NCBI GenBank assembly: GCA_963737655.1
Contig: CAVTTN010000002.1
Coordinates: forward strand, 1,408,001 to 1,472,000
Source of the DNA: an uncultured Planctomycetota bacterium
GTDB taxonomy: Bacteria; Planctomycetota; Planctomycetia; Isosphaerales; Isosphaeraceae
Reading direction: 5' to 3'
Length of the DNA: 64,000 bases
Shown: positions 21,387 to 33,564 of the stretch, one piece after another
How the letters are laid out: each line of letters starts with the position of its first letter
Numbering within the stretch: the stretch's first letter is position 1
Made by a program: the position numbers and the translations under genes
Notes under the pieces: model-generated
Databases searched by the model: none
What the model was told of the DNA's origin: nothing
Seen by the model: only the letters and a program-made list of their open reading frames with translations

Positions 21387-22157
21387 ATGATCCGCGACCT
21401 CTTCGACCTGACCGGCAAGACCGCCCTCGTCACCGGAGGGAGCAAGGGCATCGGCAAGAGCCTGGCCCGGGGGCTGGCCGAGGCCGGCGCCGACGTCGTG
21501 ATCTCCAGCCGCCACGAGGACGAGCTCCGCGCCGCCTCGTCCGCCATCGCCGAGGGCCTCTCCATCCGAGTCGCCCACGTCGTCGCCGACCTCTCCCGCC
21601 GGGGCGAGGCCGACCGACTCGCCGCCGACGCCCTCGCCGCATTCGGGAAAATCGACATCCTCATCAACAACGCCGGGAGCAACTGCCCCCAGCCGATCGA
21701 CGAACTCAAGGATGAAGACTGGGACCGGATCCACGAGTTGAATCTCGCGTCCTGCATGGCCCTGACTCGCGCCCTGGCCCCGGGCATGAAAGCACGTCGC
21801 TGGGGCCGGATCGTGAACATTTCCTCGATCCTCGGCATGGCCTCGGCGGCGGGACGCAGCACCTATTCCTCGTCCAAGAGCGGGTTGATCGGGCTCACGC
21901 AGGCCAACGCGGCGGACCTCGGCCCGTTCGGGGTGACGGTCAACGCCATCGCCCCCGGCCCGTTCGTCACCGAGCTCACCGCCGCCATGCTCCCGCCCGA
22001 GACCCGCGACGCCCTGGGCAAGCGCACCGCCCTGGGCCGATGGGGCGAGACCCACGAACTCATCGGCCCCACCCTGATGCTCGCCAGCGACGCCGGAAGC
22101 TACATCACCGGGGCCACGATCGTCGTCGATGGCGGGATTTTGGCGAGGGTCTGGTAG
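21387..22157 (+). CDS. SDR family oxidoreductase
   Basis: [23 protein letters not shown]. Confidence 0.92.
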   Translation: MIRDLFDLTGKTALVTGGSKGIGKSLARGLAEAGADVVISSRHEDELRAASSAIAEGLSIRVAHVVADLSRRGEADRLAADALAAFGKIDILINNAGSNCPQPIDELKDEDWDRIHELNLASCMALTRALAPGMKARRWGRIVNISSILGMASAAGRSTYSSSKSGLIGLTQANAADLGPFGVTVNAIAPGPFVTELTAAMLPPETRDALGKRTALGRWGETHELIGPTLMLASDAGSYITGATIVVDGGILARVW

Positions 22158-22230
22158 ACGAGAAGGCTCGATCGAGGCCGGTTCGCTCGCCCGTCCTCCT
22201 CTCCCGACTCGGGGACGGACGAGGGCCGGC

Positions 22231-22437
22231 TCAGAGGTCCGATTCGGCGATCCCGGCCCGCTTCATGAGGCCCCTCTGCGTCCCGGTCGCGAGGTCCCGG
22301 TTCGCATGGACGGGGACCGAAATCGTCTCGCCCGTGGCGGGGTTCCGATAGACGAAGTGCGATCCGTGGACCCGGTCCAGGACCCATCCGATCGCCTCCA
22401 GGATCTTGCCCATCCGCCGGCCGCTGATCGCCTTCAC
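22231..22437 (-). CDS. hicA: HicA family toxin
   Basis: GW...RVHGSH..Y...TISVPVH..RDL..GT. Confidence 0.85.
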   Translation of the reverse strand: MKAISGRRMGKILEAIGWVLDRVHGSHFVYRNPATGETISVPVHANRDLATGTQRGLMKRAGIAESDL

Positions 22438-22763
22438 GGACCGACCTCGCCGGGAAGGGGCTCGGTGAGGTCGCGGACGGCCCGATCGCGGCGAAGGTCG
22501 TGCTGAGATTCGAGCCACAGGGCCGCCGCCTCGACGGCCATCTCCCGGACCTCCTCGATCGTCTCCCCCTGCGTAACACACCCCGGAAGCTCGGGCACGA
22601 CGACCGAATAGCCCCCATCCGCCTCGCGAAAGGCCAGGGCGCGGACCATCACTTGCACCTCGACGACGACCGGAGGCCCATAGACATGAGTCCCCGTCGC
22701 CGCCCTCGACTCGCTCGCGGAGGCCATGATCGACGGCTCCAGGGGGATCGCGGGGGAGTTCAC
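22434..22763 (-). CDS. hicB: HicB family antitoxin (no DNA-binding domain; start uncertain)
   Basis: DGGYSVVVPELPGCVTQGETIEE...AVEA. Confidence 0.85.
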   Translation of the reverse strand: MNSPAIPLEPSIMASASESRAATGTHVYGPPVVVEVQVMVRALAFREADGGYSVVVPELPGCVTQGETIEEVREMAVEAAALWLESQHDLRRDRAVRDLTEPLPGEVGP

Positions 22764-23014
22764 CGACCTCTCGACCGGCTCTTTTCGCGGAACCTCGCCT
22801 CGAATTCGCGCCAGCCCGAGGCGGACCGGGGTTCGATCGCGACCGAGTCCAAAAAGTCCAGGACCGTCCGCCCCGGCGCCTCATCCGGCCGGATCGCCAC
22901 GACGAAGACCTCGACGGCCTTTCCCTCGGCCCACCGAGGCGTCTCGATCGAGATCTTGCCGCCCGGGCCGACGCGGGTGGTCAGGTGGAGCGAAGTCGGA
23001 GGTTCGGTCGCCAT
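22760..23014 (-). CDS. Small hypothetical protein, antitoxin-like
   Basis: LHLTTRVGPGGKISI...GKAVEVFV pattern of swapped-hairpin-like antitoxins. Confidence 0.5.
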   Translation of the reverse strand: MATEPPTSLHLTTRVGPGGKISIETPRWAEGKAVEVFVVAIRPDEAPGRTVLDFLDSVAIEPRSASGWREFEARFREKSRSRGR

Positions 23015-23246
23015 GTCCCGATCTCCCATCGCATCCCGGGGCCGGCGGACACCCGACGAGGCGGGTCGTCCCGGATATCCTATCAAGATCGCCCGGAGCG
23101 TCGCCACGGGAGATGGTTCGCGATCGCAACCCGATGAGGCTCCGCCCCGGCCGCCGGGTCGGACTCGGCTCCGCCGCCCGGCTCCCGCCGGGACGTCTCA
23201 ACCCGCCTGCCAGAGCCAATCATGCTCAGGCTTGCCATGACTTGGC

Positions 23247-25596
<2,350 letters not shown>

Positions 25597-25752
25597 CGTC
25601 GTCTCGGACCTCGGGGTACGATTCGGCAGGGAACATTGTCGCGGGGCCGACATCGCCAGGGCAAGCGCCTGGTCGCCGACCGGAGGGGCTCGATCCCCCT
25701 CCCGAGATGGCGGAGGCTCATGAGTCCGGATTGGTGGTGACGTCGGATCTCC

Positions 25753-25873
25753 CTCGTCCCCACGCTCGGCGTGGGGATGCCGTCTTGCACGCTCCGCGTG
25801 CCTGCGGACGCCAGCAAACCAAGAGGACGCGGAGCGTCGAGGACGGCATCCCCACGCCGAGCGTGGGGACGAG
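25753..25873. repeat. CGTC-type REP-like doublet with 32-bp perfect arms
   Basis: CTCGTCCCCACGCTCGGCGTGGGGATGCCGTC at 25753 and its reverse complement at 25842-25873. Confidence 0.85.
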
Positions 25874-26581
25874 TTCTTGAGCAATCACCAATCTGGGATC
25901 ATGAGCCATAACGGCCCCGGCTCCCCTTTATTTGAAAAAGATAGGCAACATGGTTCAACAAGGCGATCTCGGAACCATGAGTCGTTCGTGAGAGATTTAG
26001 GGATGCCAGAATACGATTGATCATTCACTAAATCTATCATATTTTCTTTGAAAACATGTGATTCTTTGACGATAACTCGGAAGTTGACTACACATCGGGC
26101 GCGAAACCGCGCCCAAACGGCGGTTTTTCCGCCATTTTCGAGCGCGCAGCCACCGCGCACAGTGGTCACGTGAACAGTAAAGGCGGATACCGGTTCGTTT
26201 TGCTCAAGTCGTGACCAATCCGGAACTTGGGCCGAGGGAGTGGTCGCGGTCTCGGCCGGGTTTTGGGTCCGGAACCGGGGTTTTTTCGCCTTCCCCCGGG
26301 AGATCGGAGGGACCAGGCGCGGTCTCGGGATTCCGGGGTTCGCGGGGCCTCGACCCAGATGGGGTGATCGCCCGGGGGGTTGGTCGCGATGGTGACAACG
26401 AAGGGGGCGGGCGCCTCCGGCCGATCGTCCGGGGCGTCGCGTCGCCTCCTGGGGCCTTTCCGTGTTCATCGCACTGATCCTTCTTCGCACGATCGGCTTC
26501 ATGGCTTCGCCAGGCGTCCCGGCCCAGTCCGGAAGGGGGCCAGGGTGGGCGTCCTGGGCCCCGGCGTGGGACAAGGGAGGG

Positions 26582-26815
26582 ATGGATTCCCTGCTCTCGC
26601 GGATCACGATCGACCCGTTGCTCTGCCACGGCAAGCCGTGCGTCCGGGGCCTGCGCTATCCCGTCGGGCTGCTCCTGGACCTGCTCAGCTCCGGGATGAC
26701 CCCCGAGGAGATCCTGGCGGATTACGAGGACCTGGAGCCGGAAGACCTCCTCGCCTCGCTGGCCTTCGCCGCCCGACTCGCCCGGACTAGACGGCTCCAG
26801 GCGACGGGGCCGTGA
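26582..26815 (+). CDS. DUF433 family antitoxin-like protein
   Basis: RITIDP..CHGKPCVRGLRYPV...GMTPEEILADYEDLE.ED. Confidence 0.9.
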   Translation: MDSLLSRITIDPLLCHGKPCVRGLRYPVGLLLDLLSSGMTPEEILADYEDLEPEDLLASLAFAARLARTRRLQATGP

Positions 26816-26945
26816 GGTTCCTGGTGGATGCCCAGCTCCCTCGTCGGCTCGCAAGATGGCTTTCCGACGCGGGTTGCGACGCGATCCACACGCTCGACCT
26901 CCCGGATGGCAACCGCACGACCGACCGCGAGGTGGCCGGATTCTC
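26812..26945 (+). pseudogene. DUF5615 PIN-like toxin, truncated
   Basis: MRFLVDAQLPRRLA..L...G.DAIHT.DLPDGNRTTD; similarity is lost after about 42 aa, where it meets the end of the convergent gene. Confidence 0.7.
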
Positions 26946-26984
26946 GGCCCCTCGGGCCTGGTCATCCGCGGTTGAGGTCTTGCC

Positions 26985-28725
26985 TCATCGCACCCATTTT
27001 CCCCCGACCATCGTTCGGAGGACTTTCGTGGTCGCCAGGTCGGCCTCGGGGCAGGTGGTCGGGTCGCGGTCGATCAGGATCAGGTCGGCGAGCTTTCCGG
27101 GCTCGATCGAGCCTTTTTCGGCCTCTTCGCCGTGCAATCGGGCGTTTTCGATCGTGTAAAGTCGCAAAACTTCGGCCCGGGTCAATTTTTGATCGGCGTT
27201 CAGGACGCCCAGGCCGGGCACCTCGCGAGTCAGGGCGATCGTCATCCCGAGCCAGGGGTCCCACTTGTTGGTGGATTCGAGGGGGTCGGTGCGGATCATG
27301 TGATCGCTCCCGAATCCGATCGTCACGCCCGAGTCGAGCCACTTCCGGTAGGGGTGGAACCACTCCATCCGAGCCGGGCCGAGCACCTTCGAGAGCACCC
27401 GGGCATCCTCGCGGAGCCAGATGGGCTGGAGGTCGGCCCCGATTCCAAGCTCGGCGCAAGTCCTGAGATTGTCGGCGGATGCGAAATTGGCGTGGGTGAT
27501 CATCCAGCCCTTGCCCCGGATGCCGACCGCCTGGTCGGCCCGGCGATAGGCGGCCAGGGAGCTCGTCCATCGCGGCCTCCCCGGCGGTGTGGGCCGTCAT
27601 CCGCCAGCCCCTCCGGGCGGCCTCCTCGGCGATCAGGCCCAGGTTCTCCCGAGGCAGGAACATCAGGCCGCGATCGTGGGGGTCGGCGATCTGATAGGTC
27701 GGCCCAACCCCCCAGGGTTCCCTCATCAGGGCCGTCCCATTCAGCATCCCGCCATCGAGGAAGACCTTCAACGGGCCGATCCGAACCCAGTGATCGCCCA
27801 CGCCCGAAGGCCCGTTGGGCTCGCCGTTTGCGTCGCGATTGGCCAGCCCGTCGATGGCCGAGGCGATCGCCTTCCGGTCGCCCGAGGTCTCGCGGAGGAC
27901 CCTCGTGGCGTTGATCCGGACGGTCAATTCCCCCCGATCGCGCAAACCTCGGTAAATCGCCAGGGTCGAATCGCTGGCCGAGCGGTCGGCCACGCTGGTC
28001 AGCCCGCGTTCGTTGTATCGCTTGAAAAGACTGACGAGTCGAGCCGTATCGGGCTCGGGGTCGCCACCATAAGCGTCCCTGGGAAGGTCCTTGAGGAGGC
28101 CATAGGCGTTGCGGAGGAGCCCGGTGGGTTCTCCGGAGGCGGGGTCTCGGGCGATCTTGCCGCCTGGGGGGTCGGGGGTGGTCTTGGTGATCCCGGAAAT
28201 CTGCAAGGCCCGGGAATTGGCCACGCCCGCCGGCCCGGCCTGGTGGAGGACGGGGTGATCGGGGGCGACGGCGTCGAGTTCGGCGAGGGTCGGCAGCCGG
28301 CCTTCCTGGAGGCGGGTCGGGAAGGCGTAACGGACGACGATCCAGGTGCCCGGCGGGGTGGCCTTCGCGCGAGCGGCGACGTATCTCTTGACAGACTCAA
28401 GAGAATCGAACGCGGGGATCGGGTGGTCGGCCTCGCTCATGGCCGCGCCGACGGGGTGGACGTGGCTATCGTACAGGCCGGGCAGGAGGGTCTGGCCCCG
28501 GGCGTCGAGGGTCGGGGAGTCGGCCCCGGCCGAGGCCCGGACGGCCGCCTCGGTCCCCACGGCGAGGATGCGGTCGCCCCGGATCGCCACGGCCCCGGCG
28601 GTGCGGAACCGGGGATCGATCGTGAGGACCTTCGCGCCGACGATCACGAGGTCGGCGCCGAGGGCCGAGGGGCCCGCCAGGGCGAGGACCAGGAGTCCCA
28701 TCGGCCGGAAGTCGCGACGTCTCAT
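26985..28725 (-). CDS. Exported amidohydrolase 3 (YtcJ-like), frameshift near 27558
   Basis: LPGLYDSHVH, KVFLDGG, AHTAGE, THAN, GSDH, GSIEPGKLADL. Confidence 0.85.
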
Positions 28726-30449
28726 GGGTTTGCTCGACTGGTCTCGGCCAGGGCCCGGAGCCAGACGACGACGGCCTCGGCGCCGGGATCGACGTGGCCG
28801 AGGGCGCGGTCGCCGAGGTAGCTGGATCGCCCTCGGCGGGGTTTCATGAAGGCGGTGGCCCGGGCGCCGGCCTCGGCGGCGGAGACGGCGGACGCCAGGG
28901 CGTCGGCCGGGGATTTCCCGGCCTTGAGGGCGGCGTCGAGGGCGTCGCAGGCGGGCAGCAGGGCATCGAGCATGGTGCGGTCGCCGGGCCCGGCCCCTCC
29001 GAGATCGCTCACGGCCGAGGCCCCGGCGCGGAGGGCCTCGGCCCAGGCGATCGGGTCGTCGGCCGGTCCGGTCTTCATCCGGGCGGCGGCCCGGAGGACG
29101 CCGGCGGCGTAGAGAGGCCCCGAGGTCCCCCCCGCGGCCCTCTGGATGGCCAGCCCAACTCCTAATAATGCCGCGTTGGGATCGTCGCGAGCGACCAGGG
29201 CCAGGACATTTTGAGCCATCTCGGCCCCCCGCGCGAGGCTGGCGCCGAGGTCGCCGTCCCCGACGACCCGGTCCAGCTCGGAGAGCCGGGCGGACTCGGC
29301 CTTCAGGGCGCGGACCACGGCCCGGACGGCCGCATCCAACATCTTTCCCACGGCCGTCTTGGGCGGTCCGAGGCGGGTGGAGGCGGTGGACGGCCATTCC
29401 TCCTCGCCCGGAGGGGCCCAGGGGACGGGAACTCGCGTCCTCGGCCGGTTCGCGGCGTTGGGCCAGGCGGGGGCGTCGGTCGGGGCGTCGAGCCGATCGA
29501 GCCAGGCGTCGGTCAGGCTGAAGGCCGTCAGGGACGCGCCGGGCATCTCCAGGGACGAGAGGAACGTCCCGAGGTAAACCCTTTCCACGGCAACCTTTCG
29601 GGCCTCCAGCTCGGCGATGGCCCGGCGGGCGACGATCGCCAGTTCCATCGTGGGGGTGCCGCCGAGGTTGTTGACCATCAGGGCCACGCGCGACCCCTCG
29701 CCCAGGCCCAGGTCGGCCACGATCGGGGCGAGGAGGCGATCGACCAGGGCGTCGCTGGGCTCGATCGCCGCCTTGCGGACGCCGGGCTCTCCGTGGATGC
29801 CCAGGCCGATCTCGATCTCGGCGTCGCCCAGGGAGAAGCTCGGCTTGCCCGCGGCCGGGACGGTGCAGGCGCCCAGGGCCACGCCCATCGTCCGGACGGC
29901 CGAGGCCGCCGATCGGGCCTCGGTGGCGACCCGGGCCAGGCTCATCCCCGCCTCGGCCGCCGCGCCGGCGATCTTGTGGACGAGGACCGTCCCGGCCAGC
30001 CCCCGGCGGCCCGCCAGGTCGGTCGAATCGGCCAGGGCGACGTCGTCGGCCACGATCACGACCTCCACCGGCAGCCCTTCGGACCGCGCGATCTCGGCGG
30101 CCAGGCCGAAATTCAGGCGATCGCCGGTGTAATTCTTGACGATCAGGACCGTCCCGGCCGCCCCGCCGACGGCCCGGATCGCCTCGGCCACGGCATCGAC
30201 CGACGGCGAGGCGAACACGTCGCCCAGGACCGCCGCATCGAGCATCCCCAGGCCGATGTACCCGGCGTGGGCCGGCTCGTGGCCGCTCCCCCCGCCCGAG
30301 ACGATCGCCACCTTCTCCGCCTTCGCCTTCGCCCCCGAACGGACGATCACCGGCTGGCCCGGCAGCCGCCGGAACCCGGGATACGCCGCGATCAGCCCCT
30401 CGATCATCTCCGAGACGGCCAGCTCGGGGCGGTTCACGAACTTCTTCAT
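28722..30449 (-). CDS. Dihydroxyacetone kinase (fused DhaK-DhaL)
   Basis: SGGGSGHEPAH, KNYTGDRLNF, GIHGEPG, GDGDLG, GGTSG, GRSSY, DPGA. Confidence 0.93.
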   Translation of the reverse strand: MKKFVNRPELAVSEMIEGLIAAYPGFRRLPGQPVIVRSGAKAKAEKVAIVSGGGSGHEPAHAGYIGLGMLDAAVLGDVFASPSVDAVAEAIRAVGGAAGTVLIVKNYTGDRLNFGLAAEIARSEGLPVEVVIVADDVALADSTDLAGRRGLAGTVLVHKIAGAAAEAGMSLARVATEARSAASAVRTMGVALGACTVPAAGKPSFSLGDAEIEIGLGIHGEPGVRKAAIEPSDALVDRLLAPIVADLGLGEGSRVALMVNNLGGTPTMELAIVARRAIAELEARKVAVERVYLGTFLSSLEMPGASLTAFSLTDAWLDRLDAPTDAPAWPNAANRPRTRVPVPWAPPGEEEWPSTASTRLGPPKTAVGKMLDAAVRAVVRALKAESARLSELDRVVGDGDLGASLARGAEMAQNVLALVARDDPNAALLGVGLAIQRAAGGTSGPLYAAGVLRAAARMKTGPADDPIAWAEALRAGASAVSDLGGAGPGDRTMLDALLPACDALDAALKAGKSPADALASAVSAAEAGARATAFMKPRRGRSSYLGDRALGHVDPGAEAVVVWLRALAETSRANP

Positions 30450-30782
30450 CGGAGCGAGTCTCTCGGGCGAGATTCGGGCGGCCAGGACAGGCTGTTCGAT
30501 CATGCTAACAGAGCGGAGATTCGACCCGGCCAACCTTTTTTTGCGAACCCCAAACTCTCATTTAATCACGAACGAAGCATGTCAATCGAAGATTTTTCTA
30601 TTTCTTTGGGGGGGATCGCCAAGAAAGATGCGGAGTCACTTTTTCAAAGTTTTTTCTTGACCGCCTCACCGATGCCGCGAAATAATCCCGAACGACGGTC
30701 GGGAAGACGGTCGCCGGAGCCGAAAGGGCCGATTTTCATGAGCTATAAGGCGTCGAATTCAATAACAAGAACAAATGATAAA

Positions 30783-31839
30783 ATGGGGGGGGGGGGAGGA
30801 ATGCCCTCGGGGCCTTCGCGTCCCTAATCCTCTGCCTGGTCGTAATGCCCGGGTGTGGGAATGGGGATGTCGCGGGTGCCCGTCAGGAGGAGTCGCGGGG
30901 CCAACCGACCGATGACGGACTGCTCGGCGAGGGGTCGAGGAGCTATCATTTCGGGACCGTCGTCAACGGGCCAGGGAAGGCGTTGGTCCACCATTACCGA
31001 CTGACGAACCACGACACGAAGGACGTGAAGGTCGTCGATGTCGTTAACCACAAGCCCTGCTGTGGCGTGGTCCGAATCGGGAAGATGGTCCTCCATCCCG
31101 GGGAGGAGACGGACGTCGAAGTGAAGCTCGTGGTGGGGGAGAAGTATGGCGACGTCGTCCATGAGGCCGAGGTCGTGACCGACCCGCCCACGCCCGGCGG
31201 CCTGGTCCTGAGGACGATGGCCGGGGCGTTCGCGGCCATTCGCGTCGAGGAGGTCACGTCGCCTGAAGACCCATCCGGCGGGGCCCGCGCCGATCGGCCG
31301 AGTTTCGCGTCTTCGCCTCGGGGAGCCCGGAGGAACCGCCCCTGGACCTGAACGGCCTGGGCCTGACCTCCTCGATTCCCGTCCGCTGGGTCGGCCTCTA
31401 GACCGATGCCACCGAGGAGGGGGTGAGGACCGACTCGCGCGCTTTCGTCGCGACCCTCGATCAAGGCGGGCCGCCGGGGCCCCGTTCGGCGACGATCCAC
31501 CTTCTCCAAGGGGAAACGGTCGTGTACCGCCAGAGGGTGGACTGGGAGGTGGTCCCGCCCCTCATCGCCTCGCCGAAGGTGATCACCGTCACGCCTCGGA
31601 AGCAGGAATATCGCCTCTTGCTCCGATCTCAGGACCGGCGGCCGTTCCGGGTCAGGCGGGCCGAATGCCCGGCGGCGGGAATCCGTGCCCGGAGCGAGGA
31701 ATCGGCGGCCGCCGTCCAGGTCCTCGTGATCTCGGTGGAGGCCCTTCCCACGCCGGCCGGAGGCCGCACCGTCTTGACCATCCTCACCGACCATCCGGAC
31801 CAGGAAAACGTGGAAGTCCCGATCCTTGTGTTGGATTGA
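30783..31839 (+). pseudogene. DUF1573-like Ig-fold lipoprotein, disrupted
   Basis: Hydrophobic signal with lipobox-like VMPGC; HFGTV...H.YRLTN...KPCC...LHPGEE; out-of-frame G-tract at the start, frameshift near 31285 and in-frame TAG at 31399. Confidence 0.6.
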
Positions 31840-31865
31840 AGACATCGGCATAGGAGGACGATCCG

Positions 31866-32906
31866 ATGGAGGACGCTCGGAGGGAGAAAGGCCGGGTCCG
31901 GGGGGGCCGGGACCGGAAGGGTTTCACGCTGATCGAACTCCTCGTCGTGGTCTCGATCCTCGGCCTCCTCGTCTCGCTGCTCCTGCCGGCCGTCCAGGCG
32001 GCGCGAGAGGCGGCCAGGCGGATGAGATGCGCCAACAACCTGAAACAGATCGGCCTCGCCCTCCAGGGTTATCACTCGGCGATCGGGACGTTCCCGATCA
32101 ACTGGCGGAACGACCTGTTCGCTCCTCAGGGGAACCCGCCCAACACCATCGCCAGGCCGTTCTCCGCGCTGACCCGGCTGCTCCCCTATCTGGAACAGGT
32201 CCCGCTCTACGACTCGATCAATTTCTCCGTCCAGAACTACCCGGACAACACGAACGGGACCTTCTCCTTCCCCCAGAATCGCTCGGCTTACGCGACGACC
32301 CTCGACGTCTTCCTCTGCCCCTCGGACGGCGCCCTCTCGCCGACGCCGTTCGGGTGCAATTACCGGGGGAATTACGGGGTCGGCCCGGCGCCGGGCACGA
32401 CCCGGGAGACCTTCGACAGCGGCAATGGTTTTTACACGTTCTATTCCGTCCTGAGCGCGGCGTCGTTCCCGGACGGGCTCTCCCACACGGTCGCTTACAG
32501 CGAGCGCCTCCGGGGGAGCGGGGCCGGGGGCGGCCTCTCGCCGGAACGGGATTTCGGCGATATCAACGTTCTGCCGTATTGCACGGATCGGGACGCGGAC
32601 TACGCGCTCTCCTGCTGTCGATTGGCCTCGGCGAATGGCTTTCCGGCCTTCCGAACGGCCGGCTCGACCTGGTTCCTCGGCGACTTCGAATGCACCGCCT
32701 ACAACCACGCCCAGGAGCCCAACGGACGGGTCCCCGATGCCATCATGAGGAACTCCTGGATTGGCATCGTCACCGCGCGGAGCCACCACCCCGGAGGCGT
32801 CAATTGCTTGATGGCCGATGGGTCCCTTCGCTTCGTGAACGAGACGATCGCTCGGAAGGTCTGGCGGGGCCTCGGGACGAGGAACGGAGACGAACTCGTC
32901 GAATAG
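31866..32906 (+). CDS. DUF1559 prepilin-type N-terminal cleavage/methylation protein
   Basis: GFTLIELLVV...LLPAVQAAREAARR..C.NNLKQIGLA, FLCPSD, HHPGGVNCLMADGS. Confidence 0.95.
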   Translation: MEDARREKGRVRGGRDRKGFTLIELLVVVSILGLLVSLLLPAVQAAREAARRMRCANNLKQIGLALQGYHSAIGTFPINWRNDLFAPQGNPPNTIARPFSALTRLLPYLEQVPLYDSINFSVQNYPDNTNGTFSFPQNRSAYATTLDVFLCPSDGALSPTPFGCNYRGNYGVGPAPGTTRETFDSGNGFYTFYSVLSAASFPDGLSHTVAYSERLRGSGAGGGLSPERDFGDINVLPYCTDRDADYALSCCRLASANGFPAFRTAGSTWFLGDFECTAYNHAQEPNGRVPDAIMRNSWIGIVTARSHHPGGVNCLMADGSLRFVNETIARKVWRGLGTRNGDELVE

Positions 32907-32991
32907 GCCACCCGCCGCTTCGGGCCCCCCTATTCGGCCCCGGCGTCGGGGCCGACGTTCGGTCGTGCGAGCTCTTGAGGAGGACGGTCGC

Positions 32992-33436
32992 GTGACGCTC
33001 ACGAATCGTCATCCCCTGTCCACGTCAGTCCTGATGAGATGGCTCCTGCCTGCGGTCCTCACGGCGACGGCCATCGCAAGCACGGAGTCGTTGCGCCACG
33101 GGCGATCGATCCTCGGTGGACAGGAACTGATCGCCTGTCGGGGCAGCAACCAGAACAAGTTCATCGGCACGTTCTCGTGCAATGAATTCAACGGGCAGGC
33201 AACGACAGCCTGCGCAGTCCGGGGATAAATGCGGTACCTGCCAGAAGGCCAACTACACGGATGTCGGATCGTCAACGGGTGGAGGCTATAATCAGGGTGC
33301 CGACAATGGCGGCGATTGCGGGAACGTCTTCAAGGGGAGCTGCAACGCCCAACTCAAGTGTGTCGCGGATCCCGGAGGCGACACTGGCACCCCCTGTAAA
33401 AAGCCCATTGGTCCACCCGTGGCCCAAGCGGGTTGA
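32992..33436 (+). CDS. Small secreted cysteine-rich protein/precursor peptide (frameshift near 33220)
   Basis: RBS GAGGAGG, GTG start, hydrophobic stretch, ELIACRG, then 8 Cys when the two overlapping ORFs are joined. Confidence 0.6.
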
Positions 33437-33564
33437 GATCGGTTCACGAGGCCGCACGTGGCCACGAAGATTATCTATTCAGATACCATGACGTGTAATC
33501 CCGCAAGCGGGCTTCAGGGACTTCAGAAGCCCGCTTCGAGGATGATCGCGAGTCCGAGGAGTTT

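Noticed and set aside
23020..23246. DGR template repeat or RT next to the FGE gene
   Set aside because: No second copy of the candidate variable region and no RT motif seen anywhere in the window
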